Shown: positions 9,021-19,402 of the stretch, piece by piece | Layout: the number at the start of each line of letters is the position of its first letter | Numbering within the stretch: the first letter of the stretch is position 1 | Source: Candidatus Terraquivivens tikiterensis | GTDB taxonomy: Archaea > Thermoproteota > Nitrososphaeria_A > Caldarchaeales > Wolframiiraptoraceae | Assembly (NCBI GenBank): GCA_003056285.1 | Contig: NDWU01000013.1 | Location: 7,826-39,825, forward strand | Length of the DNA stretch: 32,000 bases | Direction: 5' to 3' | Position numbers and translations under genes: made by a program | Notes under the pieces: generated by a model | The model's database searches: none | Seen by the model: only the letters and a program-made list of their open reading frames with translations | Told to the model about the DNA's origin: nothing

Positions 9021-10384
9021 CCCTCTACGTTAGGCAGGCTCCTCGAGTAAATCTCCCCGGCTATGTTGGTCAGCATGAGTTCCTTGACCTCTTCCAACCC
9101 TGCGCCCTCGCCAAGGTTTCCCAGTACCCACATGAGCTTTACCAGAGCGACCTCCGCCAGCATGTCGTCTAGCGGAACGACGCCGGCCCTAAGCAAGTCT
9201 CTACCGCTATCGTACACGTACATGTTAACCCTTCCAAACTTGCACTGGGAGCTCATGCCCACGAATATCCCCCTCTCCGTCAATTCCTTTACTACGGGTA
9301 CCCAGTCCGAGGCTACGTGCCCGAGCCCCGTCCCTTCTATCACGAAACCCCTTATGCCCCTGTCGGCTAGGATGCTCAGCACGTCTGGCTTCATGGACGG
9401 AAAGAACTTGACGAGGAACGCTCTCTCGTCAAACTTTGGCCTGTATACGTATTCGTTCGACCCCCTCGGGTTTAGACCTTCTGCGACCACCTTGAGCTCA
9501 CCGTTTTGGTAATAGGCGATAGGCCTTGAGTTCACCGAGCGAAAAGCATCCCTGCTACTCGTATGCAGCTTGACGACCCTGGTTCCCCTATGCAGGGCTA
9601 TGACGTCGTCAGAGTGCCACTTATGCATGGCAACGACGACCTCGCCGAAAGGCGCTTTGGCAGCTGTTGCGACGGCAGCTATCAGGTTTGTCGCAGCGTC
9701 GCTGGAAGGCCTGTCCGAGGACCTCTGCGCGCCGACTAGGACGACCGGTACTGGTGGCCTTTGGAGGGCGAAGCTGAGGGCAGCGGCCGTGTATCCCATG
9801 GTATCGGTGCCGTGCGTTAAGACTACGCCGTCCACGCCCTTACGGATAAGCCGGTCTACGGCTTCAGCCATCCCAGCCCAATGATAGGCTTGAACGTTTT
9901 CGCTCCACACGTTATACAGTATCTCGGTGTCTACCCTAGCGATCTCTGCAAGCTCTGGAACTATCGCCAACAAGTCGTCTGCGTTCAATGCTGGTCTAAC
10001 GGCTCCAGTCCTATACTCCACCCTGCTAGCTATGGTCCCTCCCGTGCTTACTATGACGACGCCCGGGAGGTTGTCAAGGATCCGGGGTTTGGGTGGCCGC
10101 ACGAAAGCTGGCTTCATTCCGGAAGATATTTTGAATAGGCGTGTATCTCTTGTCACCCTTATCCCTATGTTGTAGCCGTTGTGCAGTTTCAGAGTTATGT
10201 AGTTAGGGTCCGAGAGCTCGTACCTAGCCATCAGTATTCCCCTGTACCTCCTGCCGTCTGATACGACCTCGACCTCGTCCCCAACGCGTACGTTTTCCCG
10301 CTCTAAGATCTCTTTAACGGTGCCAGAGTATCCCTGCAACCCAGATTCGTCCATGTTGCCCAATCGACTCACGTTTTTCCTCAT
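9014..10384 (-). CDS. gatD: Glu-tRNA(Gln) amidotransferase subunit D (asparaginase-like)
   Basis: Asparaginase motifs VSTGGTIAS and LTHGTDTMGYTA, with an N-terminal GatD-specific domain (LKLHNGYNIGI). An alternative start is the ATG at 10354 (MDESGLQGYSG...), which fits better with a TATA-like TTAATAAAAA at 10391-10400 on the minus strand. Confidence 0.93.
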   Translation of the reverse strand: MRKNVSRLGNMDESGLQGYSGTVKEILERENVRVGDEVEVVSDGRRYRGILMARYELSDPNYITLKLHNGYNIGIRVTRDTRLFKISSGMKPAFVRPPKPRILDNLPGVVIVSTGGTIASRVEYRTGAVRPALNADDLLAIVPELAEIARVDTEILYNVWSENVQAYHWAGMAEAVDRLIRKGVDGVVLTHGTDTMGYTAAALSFALQRPPVPVVLVGAQRSSDRPSSDAATNLIAAVATAAKAPFGEVVVAMHKWHSDDVIALHRGTRVVKLHTSSRDAFRSVNSRPIAYYQNGELKVVAEGLNPRGSNEYVYRPKFDERAFLVKFFPSMKPDVLSILADRGIRGFVIEGTGLGHVASDWVPVVKELTERGIFVGMSSQCKFGRVNMYVYDSGRDLLRAGVVPLDDMLAEVALVKLMWVLGNLGEGAGLEEVKELMLTNIAGEIYSRSLPNVEGW

Positions 10385-10455
10385 GCGGCGCTTTTTATTA
10401 ATCTATGTATCCGAAAGTTTTTATACAAAAGATGTACCTGAGGTTTCGAAAGTTC

Positions 10456-11643
10456 ATGAAGGGGTTATCCAGCAGATCTTACAGGATAACTCAGGAAGGC
10501 GCTTTTGCCGTTCTCGCAAAGGCAAAGGAGGCAGAGGCAAGGGGAAAAAACGTGATACACATGGAGATCGGTGAGCCAGATTTTGACACGCCGGAGAACA
10601 TAAAGAGGGCGGCGATGGATGCCTTGGCTAAGGGCGCAACGCACTACACGCCCACCCCCGGGATAGCTGAACTCAGGATGGCTATCGCAGAAAAGGTATC
10701 CGCGGATCTTGGGGTTAACGTCGATTGGAAGAACGTGCTTGTAACCGTCGGTTGCAAGGAGGCGATATTCGCTTCCATCATGTCCGTCGTGGAGGATGGC
10801 GATGAGGTGATATACCCGAACCCCGGATACCCTGCGTACGAATCCGTCACGGCATATGCCGGAGGAAAACCCGTGCCGTTAAGGTTGAGCGAAAGCAACG
10901 GGTTTAGAATGACACCAGAAGAGGTTAACGAGCTTGTGACGAACAGGACGAAGGCCATAATAATCAACTCGCCCCATAACCCATGCGGCTCAGTCCTAAG
11001 GAAGGAGGACGTGAAGGGCCTAGTCGAGATAGCGGAGGATGCTGGCGCATTCCTGATATCCGACGAGATATACTACCCGATACTTTTCGATGGGCTAAAG
11101 CACTACTCGCCCCTATCCTTCGCAAGGGAAGATAACGTAATATTGGTGGATGGTTTCTCGAAGAGGTACGCGATGACAGGTTGGAGGCTTGGGTACGCCG
11201 TCGTCCCCTCAGGCCTCGTGGATCCGATGACCAAGCTATTGAACAACATGACCTCATGCCCAAGCCAGTTCGTACAGTATGCTGGCATAGAGGCGCTCAA
11301 GGGCCCCCAGGATTCTGTGAGGAAGATGGTAAACACGTACGAGAGCAGAAGGAATGCTGTGTTGGAGGAACTTAAGAAGGTAGAGGGCATTACGTACCTG
11401 AAGCCCCAAGGGGCTTTTTACCTGTTCATCAACGTCCAAAAGGTTTTATCGCGGGTTGGTATGAGCTCTGAGCAGCTCGTCGTTAAGTTAATAGAGGACT
11501 ATGGCGTAGCCGTCCTTCACGGCTCATCCATGGGCTCTTACGGTGAGGGGTTCATCAGGATAAGCTTCGCCAACTCTATCGAGAACTTACTCGAGGGCAT
11601 ATCCAGGCTCGGGAGGGCGTTCAGCAGTATGCTAAGCCAGTAG
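10456..11643 (+). CDS. class I pyridoxal-phosphate aminotransferase (aspartate aminotransferase-like)
   Basis: PLP-lysine motif FSKRYAMTGWRLGY, plus GEPDFDTPE and NSPHNPCG. The start is chosen at ATG 10456 (MKGLSSRS...) because AAAGTTTTTATAC at 10414-10426 lies about 27-30 nt upstream. The track start at 10405 lies upstream of that TATA. Confidence 0.85.
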   Translation: MKGLSSRSYRITQEGAFAVLAKAKEAEARGKNVIHMEIGEPDFDTPENIKRAAMDALAKGATHYTPTPGIAELRMAIAEKVSADLGVNVDWKNVLVTVGCKEAIFASIMSVVEDGDEVIYPNPGYPAYESVTAYAGGKPVPLRLSESNGFRMTPEEVNELVTNRTKAIIINSPHNPCGSVLRKEDVKGLVEIAEDAGAFLISDEIYYPILFDGLKHYSPLSFAREDNVILVDGFSKRYAMTGWRLGYAVVPSGLVDPMTKLLNNMTSCPSQFVQYAGIEALKGPQDSVRKMVNTYESRRNAVLEELKKVEGITYLKPQGAFYLFINVQKVLSRVGMSSEQLVVKLIEDYGVAVLHGSSMGSYGEGFIRISFANSIENLLEGISRLGRAFSSMLSQ

Positions 11644-12321
11644 CCTCGCCTCGAAGACTACGGCCGTCCAGCATGGCCTCATGCATTTGTCGTATACTAT
11701 GCTGGCGTTCGGCAGCTTAAGGATGTAGCTCTCCAGGCCCCTTAAGAGCCTGCCGAATGGAACGAGGGCGTACCCTACGCACCTATAACTCATTCCCAGC
11801 CGTGCAAGCATGCTGGCCGTTATGTCTATGCCGACTATCGATACCGTCGGAATCAAAAGCTTTCCGCCAGGTCTTAGATGCTCCCTCGCACCCTTCAAGA
11901 TGGCATCCAGGACCATCCTGCCGTCCGCGCCCCCATAAGTTTCTACTTTTAAGGGCTTTGGGGACGGTGTCATGGGCGGGTTGGAGATTATCAAGTCGAA
12001 GAGCTCGTGCTCTACGGGCTCGTATAGGTTCCCCTGCCTTACCTCGATGTTGTGCGCGTTGTTTAATTCAGCGTTGAGCTTAGCCATGGCTACCGCTGCT
12101 GGCGAGACATCCGTAGCCACACAGCTTCCTGCGCCGAGCTTAGACGCCACTATCGCCAAAAAGCCGCTGCCTGTGCCCAAATCTAAAACACGCTCACCGC
12201 CCTTCAGGGAAATACAGCTAGCGATCAGCTTCGAAACGGCTAGCGGTCTATAAACCCTCTTGTCCTCGTAGAGGTTAACGGTTAAGTTACCGACCCTTAT
12301 GGTTGTTAATTTTTTGTACAT
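11632..12321 (-). CDS. class I SAM-dependent methyltransferase, HemK/Mtq2-like small-domain type with an NPPM variant motif
   Basis: Motif I is VLDLGTGSGFLAIVASKLGA. Motif IV is DLIISNPPMTPSP. The 3' end overlaps the convergent aminotransferase gene by 12 nt. Confidence 0.7.
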   Translation of the reverse strand: MYKKLTTIRVGNLTVNLYEDKRVYRPLAVSKLIASCISLKGGERVLDLGTGSGFLAIVASKLGAGSCVATDVSPAAVAMAKLNAELNNAHNIEVRQGNLYEPVEHELFDLIISNPPMTPSPKPLKVETYGGADGRMVLDAILKGAREHLRPGGKLLIPTVSIVGIDITASMLARLGMSYRCVGYALVPFGRLLRGLESYILKLPNASIVYDKCMRPCWTAVVFEARLLA

Positions 12322-12394
12322 GCTGATACGGTCTTTGTTTAACGTTGATTTTAATGTTAAAATATAACTCGTAGAACAATAACCAAGTTAAGCA

Positions 12395-13294
12395 ATGAGG
12401 TTGCTGATTACTGGGTCGGAAGGTTTTGTCGGTAGGAACCTCAAGCGGTATTTTAAATCGTTCGGGTACGAGGTCGCAGGCGTCGATATAGTCGGCTCAG
12501 CAGAATACGTTGCAGACGTCACGGACAAGGATGCCGTCTTTCATGCGGTAATGGACTTCAAGCCCGATGCCATCGTTCACCTGGCTGCCGTAGTGAGCAT
12601 ACCGAAGTCCATAGAGGACCCGTACAACTGCTACCGCGTTAACTGCTTCGGCACGCTAAACGTCCTAGAGGCGTCCGCAAGGATAGGGCTGAAAAGGTTC
12701 GTGTATGCCTCCTCGGCGAACGTTTACGGTTTACCGAAGGAGTTACCAGTCAGGGAGGAGACGCCGATAAACCCCAGGTCGCCCTACGATTTCTCGAAGG
12801 TTATAGCCGAAAAGCTTGTCGAGAGTTATGTACGTCACAAAGGGCTACCGGCAGTCATACTCAGGTCTTGGAAGCTTTTCGGCGAGGAGGACGTGCCAAC
12901 CTCCGCCATAGTAAGGTTCGTGAGGAGCTGCCTTGCCAACCAGCCCCTGCATCTCTACAACGCCGGTAGGGACTCAACGGACCCAACGTACATCGAGAAC
13001 TACTGCGTTGCGGTCAAGCTGTGCCTTGAAAGGGAAGAGGCAGTCGGCCAGGTCTTTAACGTCGGAACGGGGAACGAGGTCACGATAAGGCAGCTGGCAG
13101 AAAAGATAAGGGAGCTAACGGGTTCCTCTTCAGAGCTCGTCCTGCTTCCGCCTAGGACCGAGATGGAATCCGAGCCCATGCGTAGCTATCCGAGCATAAA
13201 GAAGCTTATGGGCATAGGCTACAGACCCGTCGTAAGCCTCGAAGAGGGACTAAAAAGGGTAATAGACTATGAGAGGAAGATGGTAGGGTTCTGA
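12395..13294 (+). CDS. NAD-dependent epimerase/dehydratase (extended SDR, UDP-sugar 4-epimerase-like)
   Basis: Rossmann motif LITGSEGFVGRNL and catalytic YxxxK (PYDFSKVIAEK). A TATA-like TTAAAATATAAC lies about 30 nt upstream of the ATG. Confidence 0.85.
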   Translation: MRLLITGSEGFVGRNLKRYFKSFGYEVAGVDIVGSAEYVADVTDKDAVFHAVMDFKPDAIVHLAAVVSIPKSIEDPYNCYRVNCFGTLNVLEASARIGLKRFVYASSANVYGLPKELPVREETPINPRSPYDFSKVIAEKLVESYVRHKGLPAVILRSWKLFGEEDVPTSAIVRFVRSCLANQPLHLYNAGRDSTDPTYIENYCVAVKLCLEREEAVGQVFNVGTGNEVTIRQLAEKIRELTGSSSELVLLPPRTEMESEPMRSYPSIKKLMGIGYRPVVSLEEGLKRVIDYERKMVGF

Positions 13295-13295
13295 G

Positions 13296-14489
13296 TTAAG
13301 TAGAGGTTCGTAATGCTTTATTGCTTTCATTACCTCTACCTAACCCTTCCCTCTCGATCATCTCATCGAGGGCCTTCGGGGCGAACCCATGTCCCCACAT
13401 CCTGAGTATGTTTATGCATGCCACGAAGTGCCTATCCGCTTCGTAACCACAGTGTTTGCATCTAAAGACCTGCCCATTTGTCTTGGACAAACGCCCGCAT
13501 CTTGGGCAGGCCCTGCTTGTGTTCCTTGCCGGAACGTATTGCACTTTGTAGCCCAGCCATGCCATCTTGTACCCAATGAGGCTCTGGACTTTCCTGTACG
13601 GTAGCGACGCGACCTTGCGGTTCTTCCGCTTCGTACGTTTGTTTCTCGTGGCGTTATAGCTCAAGCCTTTAAGATTTTCAAATATGGGAGCAAGCCCTTC
13701 CTGGGATAGCTCTTTAACTATGCTCGTGGTTATCTTGTGGAGAATGTCGTTCACCCTTCTCCTCTCGCGCCTGGAGTACTTCTGCATGAGCCTCTTTGAT
13801 GTTATAGGTTTATGCTTTGAAAGGCTTTGGATCTTCCTGCGCTTCTCAAAGTAATGTACTCTGATTCCGTATAGCTTCTTTAAGTCGACCTTCCGATATT
13901 CTGCTGAGTCTCCTTTTACCTTAAGGAAGTCTATACTCATCAGGTTTACGTCGATGGAAGCATAGCCTATAGGAATCTTATCCTCGACTGCTCTCTTGAA
14001 GGTTACCATCGCCCTGTCCTCTAGTAGAGTTACCTCGCCTAAACTCAGCTCCCCATTCCTCCATGCATCGATGAATCTTTTCTGATATGAGCCTATTATT
14101 AGCGGAACCTCAACGTAACGATGCGGCATCGTCGTAATTACTATCCTATCTCCTTTGAATCGCATGAGCTCCTTCTGGAGCCTCATGGATAGGGCGTTGA
14201 AGGTCGGTGGATTGTTCGGGTCGGCCCTTCTCCTCTTAACAAGCCTTTTCCAGGAGCGGATTACGTTGCAGGCAACCCTAGCGGCCGAGATGCAGTAGTG
14301 GGTTGCGAAGCCGTACTTCTGCTTGAACTCCTCGTATAGGGCCCTCTCAACTTTCATAGGGGAGCTTACGTTGTGGCTTAGAGCATACTTTATGCATTCT
14401 TTCACCATATCGTTGAACGTTTGGAGCAAAGGCCTAACGTCGGAGCTATGCTTGAACGCTACCGCCTTTACGGCCTCCAACCTCCTCAC
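13296..14489 (-). CDS. tnpB: TnpB/OrfB RNA-guided-nuclease-type protein (IS200/IS605-IS607 accessory protein), apparently intact
   Basis: 397 aa. RuvC-I is ASIDVNL, RuvC-II is PIFENLKGL, RuvC-III is YEADRHFVACINI. Zinc finger is CPRCG...CKHCG. Confidence 0.9.
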   Translation of the reverse strand: MRRLEAVKAVAFKHSSDVRPLLQTFNDMVKECIKYALSHNVSSPMKVERALYEEFKQKYGFATHYCISAARVACNVIRSWKRLVKRRRADPNNPPTFNALSMRLQKELMRFKGDRIVITTMPHRYVEVPLIIGSYQKRFIDAWRNGELSLGEVTLLEDRAMVTFKRAVEDKIPIGYASIDVNLMSIDFLKVKGDSAEYRKVDLKKLYGIRVHYFEKRRKIQSLSKHKPITSKRLMQKYSRRERRRVNDILHKITTSIVKELSQEGLAPIFENLKGLSYNATRNKRTKRKNRKVASLPYRKVQSLIGYKMAWLGYKVQYVPARNTSRACPRCGRLSKTNGQVFRCKHCGYEADRHFVACINILRMWGHGFAPKALDEMIEREGLGRGNESNKALRTST

Positions 14490-14652
14490 CTTTCAGGATC
14501 CTTTCGATGTCGCTCCTGTAGTAGCGAAGCTTCCCGCTCGGAAGCCTTACAGCCCTTATCAAGCCCTTCTTGTACCAGCTCCACAGAGTCTTGTTGCTGA
14601 CCCTAAGTAGAGCCCTAGCCTCCTTAGGAGTAATGAGTTCCTCGTAAGCCAT
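14446..14652 (-). CDS. MerR/excisionase-type HTH protein, equivalent to the N-terminal domain of IS607 TnpA without a recombinase domain
   Basis: 68 aa: ITPKEARALLRVSNKTLWSWYKKGLIRAVRLPSGKLRYYRSDIERIL. The 3' end overlaps the tnpB start by 44 nt. No serine-recombinase catalytic motif follows. Confidence 0.7.
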   Translation of the reverse strand: MAYEELITPKEARALLRVSNKTLWSWYKKGLIRAVRLPSGKLRYYRSDIERILKGEEVGGRKGGSVQA

Positions 14653-14744
14653 TAAGGTAATATAGGAAACAAGTTTTATTTAAGCTTATTTATTCTGAAA
14701 ATGCTGAGAACGGCGCTACGGGATGAGATGCCTTCTTGCCGTTA

Positions 14745-14960
14745 GAAAAAGTTTCAGGATATGCACAAAGTCGTGATCCTATCGTAAAAAGCGCGGACAA
14801 AGCTTGGGATGTAGGGCCTTCCCCGTACGTATGACCCAAAGCTCGAAAGGGCCTGGGAGAACGTACGGGCGGGTTTGACCCGAAGGGAGCCAAGCCCTAT
14901 GAAATGCTCCCCAACGAGCCCGGAGGACTGGGCATCTAACCAGAAAAATGTAAAGCCCTC
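14745..14960 (-). ncRNA. R1: GC-rich structured non-coding element, paralog of R2 (26167-26452); function unknown
   Basis: The minus-strand core 14925-14803 aligns by eye at roughly 85% with 26262-26385. It has stems with wobble or compensatory changes and a CCC-UUCG-GGG type hairpin. Track ORFs here are similar to those in R2 in two frames at once, which indicates nucleotide-level rather than protein-level conservation. Confidence 0.45.
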
Positions 14961-15136
14961 TTCGCCCGGCCGAGCACAAAAAGAGCACACACCCATTAAA
15001 ACCCGCTCAGCTTAGATCTAACAAAACAAGGCTTATCTCACTTCCAACCAAGAGAGAAACCCAATGCATTGTTGATGGTATTACTTTTTTTATTTTTGGT
15101 AATACTTATATAGCCGACAACTTTTAGAAGTTTGGC

Positions 15137-15658
15137 ATGAGATTTGACACCAAAAGGGCAAGCATGATTGCTCTATTTACGGCGCTTATTTCAGTCTGTA
15201 GCGCTGTAGCTCATGTAATAGCTTGGGTCGGGCATCCCACAATAGGGGCAATAGTAGTAACTTTTCTTTATCTGACGGCCTTCGGCATCACAGGTAGAGG
15301 GGCTACAACGGTTATTGGTTTGCTCGTTGGTATAGTGAATAGTTTTATATTTGGTTCACCGTTGTCCGTTCCTGTGCATCTTGTTCGAGGTGCAATTTTC
15401 GACATTTTCTTTACCATAACCCATCACAGGTTATGCTGCCGAAAGTGTGCTATCGTGTCTTCCATGCTATCTTTTTACGTGACTATGGTTGTGATATTTG
15501 CGCTTTATACGCTTGTCGGGTTGCCATTCGCTTCGTGGGTTGTTTGGTTTGTTTTGGCTGGTATACCCAGCGTTCTCCTAACAATTCCTGGAGGGTTACT
15601 TGCGCTGAAATATAAGCAGACATTTCAACGGGTCGTGGGAGCATGGGCAAGTGCATGA
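15137..15658 (+). CDS. integral membrane protein, about 5 TM helices (possible substrate or metal uptake component)
   Basis: 173 aa and hydrophobic throughout. TACTTATATAG lies about 25-30 nt upstream of the ATG. The 3' end overlaps the cobN start by 16 nt. Confidence 0.6.
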   Translation: MRFDTKRASMIALFTALISVCSAVAHVIAWVGHPTIGAIVVTFLYLTAFGITGRGATTVIGLLVGIVNSFIFGSPLSVPVHLVRGAIFDIFFTITHHRLCCRKCAIVSSMLSFYVTMVVIFALYTLVGLPFASWVVWFVLAGIPSVLLTIPGGLLALKYKQTFQRVVGAWASA

Positions 15659-18600
15659 TAACCATGATCGGCTATCAGTTTAGACCCTGCTTATTGGAGG
15701 CTGTAAGAAAAGTTAATGATATCGTAGGAGGGGTTCTGGACTTCCGTTTTTACAACACCTACGATGTTGATGGGGAAGTGGTTGACGTTCAGAGGTTTGC
15801 TGAGGATTTAAGGCGTTCTCAGGTCGTTTTGATTGACGTTAGAGGCGGAGACCGTGTCAGCAGAATTATCTGTGGGGAGCTTAAGAATCTGAGGAACACC
15901 GTCGTTGTTTTCGTCGGAGGATCGTCAGAAATAATCAACCTTACTAGGCTTGGAAGCTTTTCCCTTCACAAATTTGCAAGTTTAAAGGAGAAGCCTCTAA
16001 TCGGGAGAATTTTCAAGGGAGGCAAGATGGATTATGGAGCGATTCTAAGGATGCGTGATAGGTTCGAGAAGCTTGGAGGCAAACTGCCAATCGGCATGCT
16101 TAAACATGCTAGGAACTACGCTCTGCTCCTGAAATACTATGACACCCCGACGCTTCAAAACTATTATGCGATGCTTCTACTTTTGCTGAAGGAGTATTGT
16201 AAGGTTAAGGTCGACGTCGAAATACCTGAGCCTACCGTCATGCCCCCTATGGGAATTATGGAATTCAAGACTGGAAAAATTTTTACAGATTCTCAAAGCT
16301 ACCTCCAATCGTATAGGTTCAGGGATCGACCCTTAGTTGGCATACTCTTCTATGGCGGTTACCACTACGACCAATCCTATCCAGCGGCGAAACTCCTTGC
16401 AGAGAAGCTTGAGGAACAAGGCTTAGGCATCATGCCTGTCTTCTGCTCCGATTTAAGGTATTATCTCGCCATAGAAAAGTTCATGCTTTTAGATGGGAAA
16501 CCCGTTATAGATGTTCTCATCGACCTTTTATGGTTTAGGCTGGCCGGGGGACCTATTGGCGGAGACCACAACATAACTAGAAGCGTCCTCACAAAGCTGG
16601 ATGTCCCTTGCTTGCACGGTATTCATCTATCGTCAAAAACTGTTGAGGAGTGGCTTGAATCGAGACACGGCATCCCTCCAGTAGAAACCGTTACAACCGT
16701 TATCCTGCCAGAACTTGACGGAAGAAACGAACCCATAATCACCCATGCAGTAAAAAAGAGGCTTTCCGAGGGCGTGAAGCTGGAGGAATACGTTGCCATC
16801 GGAGATCGTGTCGAACGGCTTGCACAGAGAGCTGCCAAGTGGGTTAGCTTGAGGAGGAAGCCGAACAGCCAAAAGAGGATAGCAATAATAATCTACAACT
16901 ACCCACCAGGGGAGGAGAACATTGGGAAGGCCGCTTATCTCAACGTCTTCGAAAGCCTCTCTAGGTTGTTAAAGGCTTTAATGGATAAGGGTTATAACGT
17001 AACCGGCGCACCTTCGGGCAGGGAGCTAAAGGATCTGCTAATCTCCAAAGGGGTTGTAAACTCTGGGGAGTGGGTGCAGCCATCGAGATTTGATGAGGCA
17101 TTCCTTGTTTCCGCCGAGAAATATGGCATGTGGCTTAGAAACCTCCCTGAGAAACCCCGAAATCAAATGCTGAAAGAATGGGGCAAACCTCCAGGACAAA
17201 TCATGGCGCATAATAACTCACTATTGATTCCTGGATTAACCTTCGGAAACGTGTTCGTAGGACTTCAGCCCACGCGCGGCGTTCACGAAGACCCATCCAA
17301 AATTTACCATGATAAGGATCTTCCACCCCACCACCAGTATGTTGCCTTCTACAGGTGGATAAGGGATGAATTCAAAGCTGACGCCATTATACATTTAGGA
17401 ACCCACGGCACGCTTGAATTTCTGCCTGGAAAGGAAATTGGCCTTTCATCTGAATGTTTCCCAGACTTGCTGATAGCCGACCTCCCCAACATTTACGTTT
17501 ACCATGCGGTCAACAACTCAGAGTCATCAATAGCTAAAAGGAGAAGCTACGCCTTAATAATAAACCACGCCAGCCCCCCTCATACGGATAGCGGCCTTCA
17601 TGGAGACTTCCAAGAAATTGAAAGGTTGACGGCTGAGTATTTTGATGCTTTGCAATACGGCGGGGAAAGGGCTAAAGAAGTAGCTAAAAAGATACTGGAA
17701 AAAGCGGGAAAGTATGGGCTTGGAGAGTGTGTTGAAGAGGTATATGATAAAATACAGGAGTTTAAGCGTTCAATAATTCCTAAGGGGCTACACGTTCTTG
17801 GAGATAAACCATCGTTAGACGACGCTATCACCTATCTAACCTTCCTGTCAAGGTATGATAGGGGCGAGATTAGCAGCTTACACAGGCTTATCATAGAGTC
17901 TGAAGGCTTAAATTATATTGAAGTTTTGGAGAAGCCGCATAAAATGGCTCCGGATGGGAGGACATACGCGAAAGTGCTGAGCGATGCGGAAGAAATCGTT
18001 AAGGAAATTTTAAGGGATTATCTGGTGAATGGTTCAACGTCAATGTTGAGAAACATCAACAAAGATGAAGCGATAAGGGCTCTGAATTTTCTGAAGAGAG
18101 TCTACGAAAGGATGATGATGTCAGATGAGATAGGCGCTGTTTTGGATGCCCTTGACGGAAGGTTCATTGAGCCGGGTCCAGGCGGGGACTTCGTTAGAAC
18201 CCCGGAAGTTTATCCCACTGGAAGGAACATGTACCAGCTTGACCCAACGAACATACCTACGGAAGTGGCTATGGAGAGGGGAAAGAAAATTGCTGATGAT
18301 TATCTTAAAAGCTTCTATAGGAGACATGGAAGATACCCTAGAGCAGTTAGCGTTGTTCTGTGGGCCTTTGAAACAATGAAGACCGGGGGTGAAACCCTGG
18401 CTGCGGTTTTCCACCTTCTAGGCGTGAAACCGGTTTGGAAGAGCCTGTACATTAGAGAATTAGAGGTTATTCCGCTCTCAGATCTCGGCAGGCCCAGGAT
18501 AGATGTTGTGGTTACCATCTGCGGCATCTTCAGGGACACATTCTACAACGTTGTAGAGCTTTTGGACAAGGCTGTACGCTTGGTAGCAGGGCTTAAAGAG

Positions 18601-19386
18601 CCCGAAGACATGAACTTTGTGAGGGCCCACGTCAGAAAAATGGAAAGCGTCCACGGCGAAAACGCATCCCTCAGAGTGTTCGGCCCTCCTGAAGGCCACT
18701 ACGCCACAAGCCTAACCTCGATAATAGAGTCGTCTAATTGGAGAAGCGAGGCTGAGCTGGTAAACGCTTATCTGGAAAGCATGAAATTTGCTTACGGAGA
18801 GAGAAAGCGAAACGTAGAGTCGAGGAAGCTGCTAAGCTCCCTACTTTCAAACGTTGAGGTCGTAACGCAGGTAAGAGACAGCGTTGACTACGAAATAACG
18901 GATTTAGACCACTACTACGAGTTCCTCGGCGGTTTAGCAAAAGCTGTTCAAAGCGAAAGCGGAAAAAGGCCCATGGTTCTAGTTGCGGATACCACGAGAG
19001 AACTTGTAAAGGTGGAAGGTGCAGAGGAATCCATAAGAAGGGGAATAGTAACAAGAACGGCTAACCCTAGATGGCTAGACGCCATGATCGAGCATGGCTA
19101 CAACGGCGTAACGAAGATAGCTGATAAGGTTGAGTATATGATAGGGCTATCCGCAACAATAGGGGGCATTGAAGACTGGATGTGGAACATGGTAGCAGAA
19201 AACACGGTGTTTGATAGGGAAAGGTCGGAAAGAATGAAAAATGTAAACATATTCGCTTATCGCAAGCTCATTAAAAGATTACTTGAAGCTGCAAAGCGTG
19301 GATACTGGAAAGCTGACAAAGAAATAGTTGAAAGGCTCGAGGAGGAATATTTAAGGACCGAAGAATTGCTTGAGGAGGAAATATGA
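15643..19386 (+). CDS. cobN: CobN/ChlH-family large chelatase subunit
   Basis: 1247 aa. Length and conserved blocks are typical of CobN/Mg-chelatase H (e.g. [41 protein letters not shown]). The exact start is uncertain (ATGs at 15643, 15655, 15664). Confidence 0.9.
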   Translation: MGKCMITMIGYQFRPCLLEAVRKVNDIVGGVLDFRFYNTYDVDGEVVDVQRFAEDLRRSQVVLIDVRGGDRVSRIICGELKNLRNTVVVFVGGSSEIINLTRLGSFSLHKFASLKEKPLIGRIFKGGKMDYGAILRMRDRFEKLGGKLPIGMLKHARNYALLLKYYDTPTLQNYYAMLLLLLKEYCKVKVDVEIPEPTVMPPMGIMEFKTGKIFTDSQSYLQSYRFRDRPLVGILFYGGYHYDQSYPAAKLLAEKLEEQGLGIMPVFCSDLRYYLAIEKFMLLDGKPVIDVLIDLLWFRLAGGPIGGDHNITRSVLTKLDVPCLHGIHLSSKTVEEWLESRHGIPPVETVTTVILPELDGRNEPIITHAVKKRLSEGVKLEEYVAIGDRVERLAQRAAKWVSLRRKPNSQKRIAIIIYNYPPGEENIGKAAYLNVFESLSRLLKALMDKGYNVTGAPSGRELKDLLISKGVVNSGEWVQPSRFDEAFLVSAEKYGMWLRNLPEKPRNQMLKEWGKPPGQIMAHNNSLLIPGLTFGNVFVGLQPTRGVHEDPSKIYHDKDLPPHHQYVAFYRWIRDEFKADAIIHLGTHGTLEFLPGKEIGLSSECFPDLLIADLPNIYVYHAVNNSESSIAKRRSYALIINHASPPHTDSGLHGDFQEIERLTAEYFDALQYGGERAKEVAKKILEKAGKYGLGECVEEVYDKIQEFKRSIIPKGLHVLGDKPSLDDAITYLTFLSRYDRGEISSLHRLIIESEGLNYIEVLEKPHKMAPDGRTYAKVLSDAEEIVKEILRDYLVNGSTSMLRNINKDEAIRALNFLKRVYERMMMSDEIGAVLDALDGRFIEPGPGGDFVRTPEVYPTGRNMYQLDPTNIPTEVAMERGKKIADDYLKSFYRRHGRYPRAVSVVLWAFETMKTGGETLAAVFHLLGVKPVWKSLYIRELEVIPLSDLGRPRIDVVVTICGIFRDTFYNVVELLDKAVRLVAGLKEPEDMNFVRAHVRKMESVHGENASLRVFGPPEGHYATSLTSIIESSNWRSEAELVNAYLESMKFAYGERKRNVESRKLLSSLLSNVEVVTQVRDSVDYEITDLDHYYEFLGGLAKAVQSESGKRPMVLVADTTRELVKVEGAEESIRRGIVTRTANPRWLDAMIEHGYNGVTKIADKVEYMIGLSATIGGIEDWMWNMVAENTVFDRERSERMKNVNIFAYRKLIKRLLEAAKRGYWKADKEIVERLEEEYLRTEELLEEEI

Positions 19387-19402
19387 CAACCGGGGTGTAA
19401 AT

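Larger units (their letters stand above)
13296..14690 (-). mobile_element. IS607/IS1341-like unit (HTH ORF plus tnpB); ends not defined
   Basis: Based on gene content only. An AT-rich promoter-like AATAAATAAGCTTAAATAAAAC lies upstream of the HTH ORF. No inverted repeats or target duplications were recognised. Confidence 0.5.

Noticed and set aside
14690-14996. Three overlapping 67-80-aa minus-strand ORFs, and their look-alikes at 26198-26435 and 24212-24460
   Set aside because: Peptide similarity between the loci appears simultaneously in two reading frames. This is what nucleotide-level conservation of a non-coding element produces. The ORFs overlap each other and have no start context. They are treated as the R1/R2/R3 elements.
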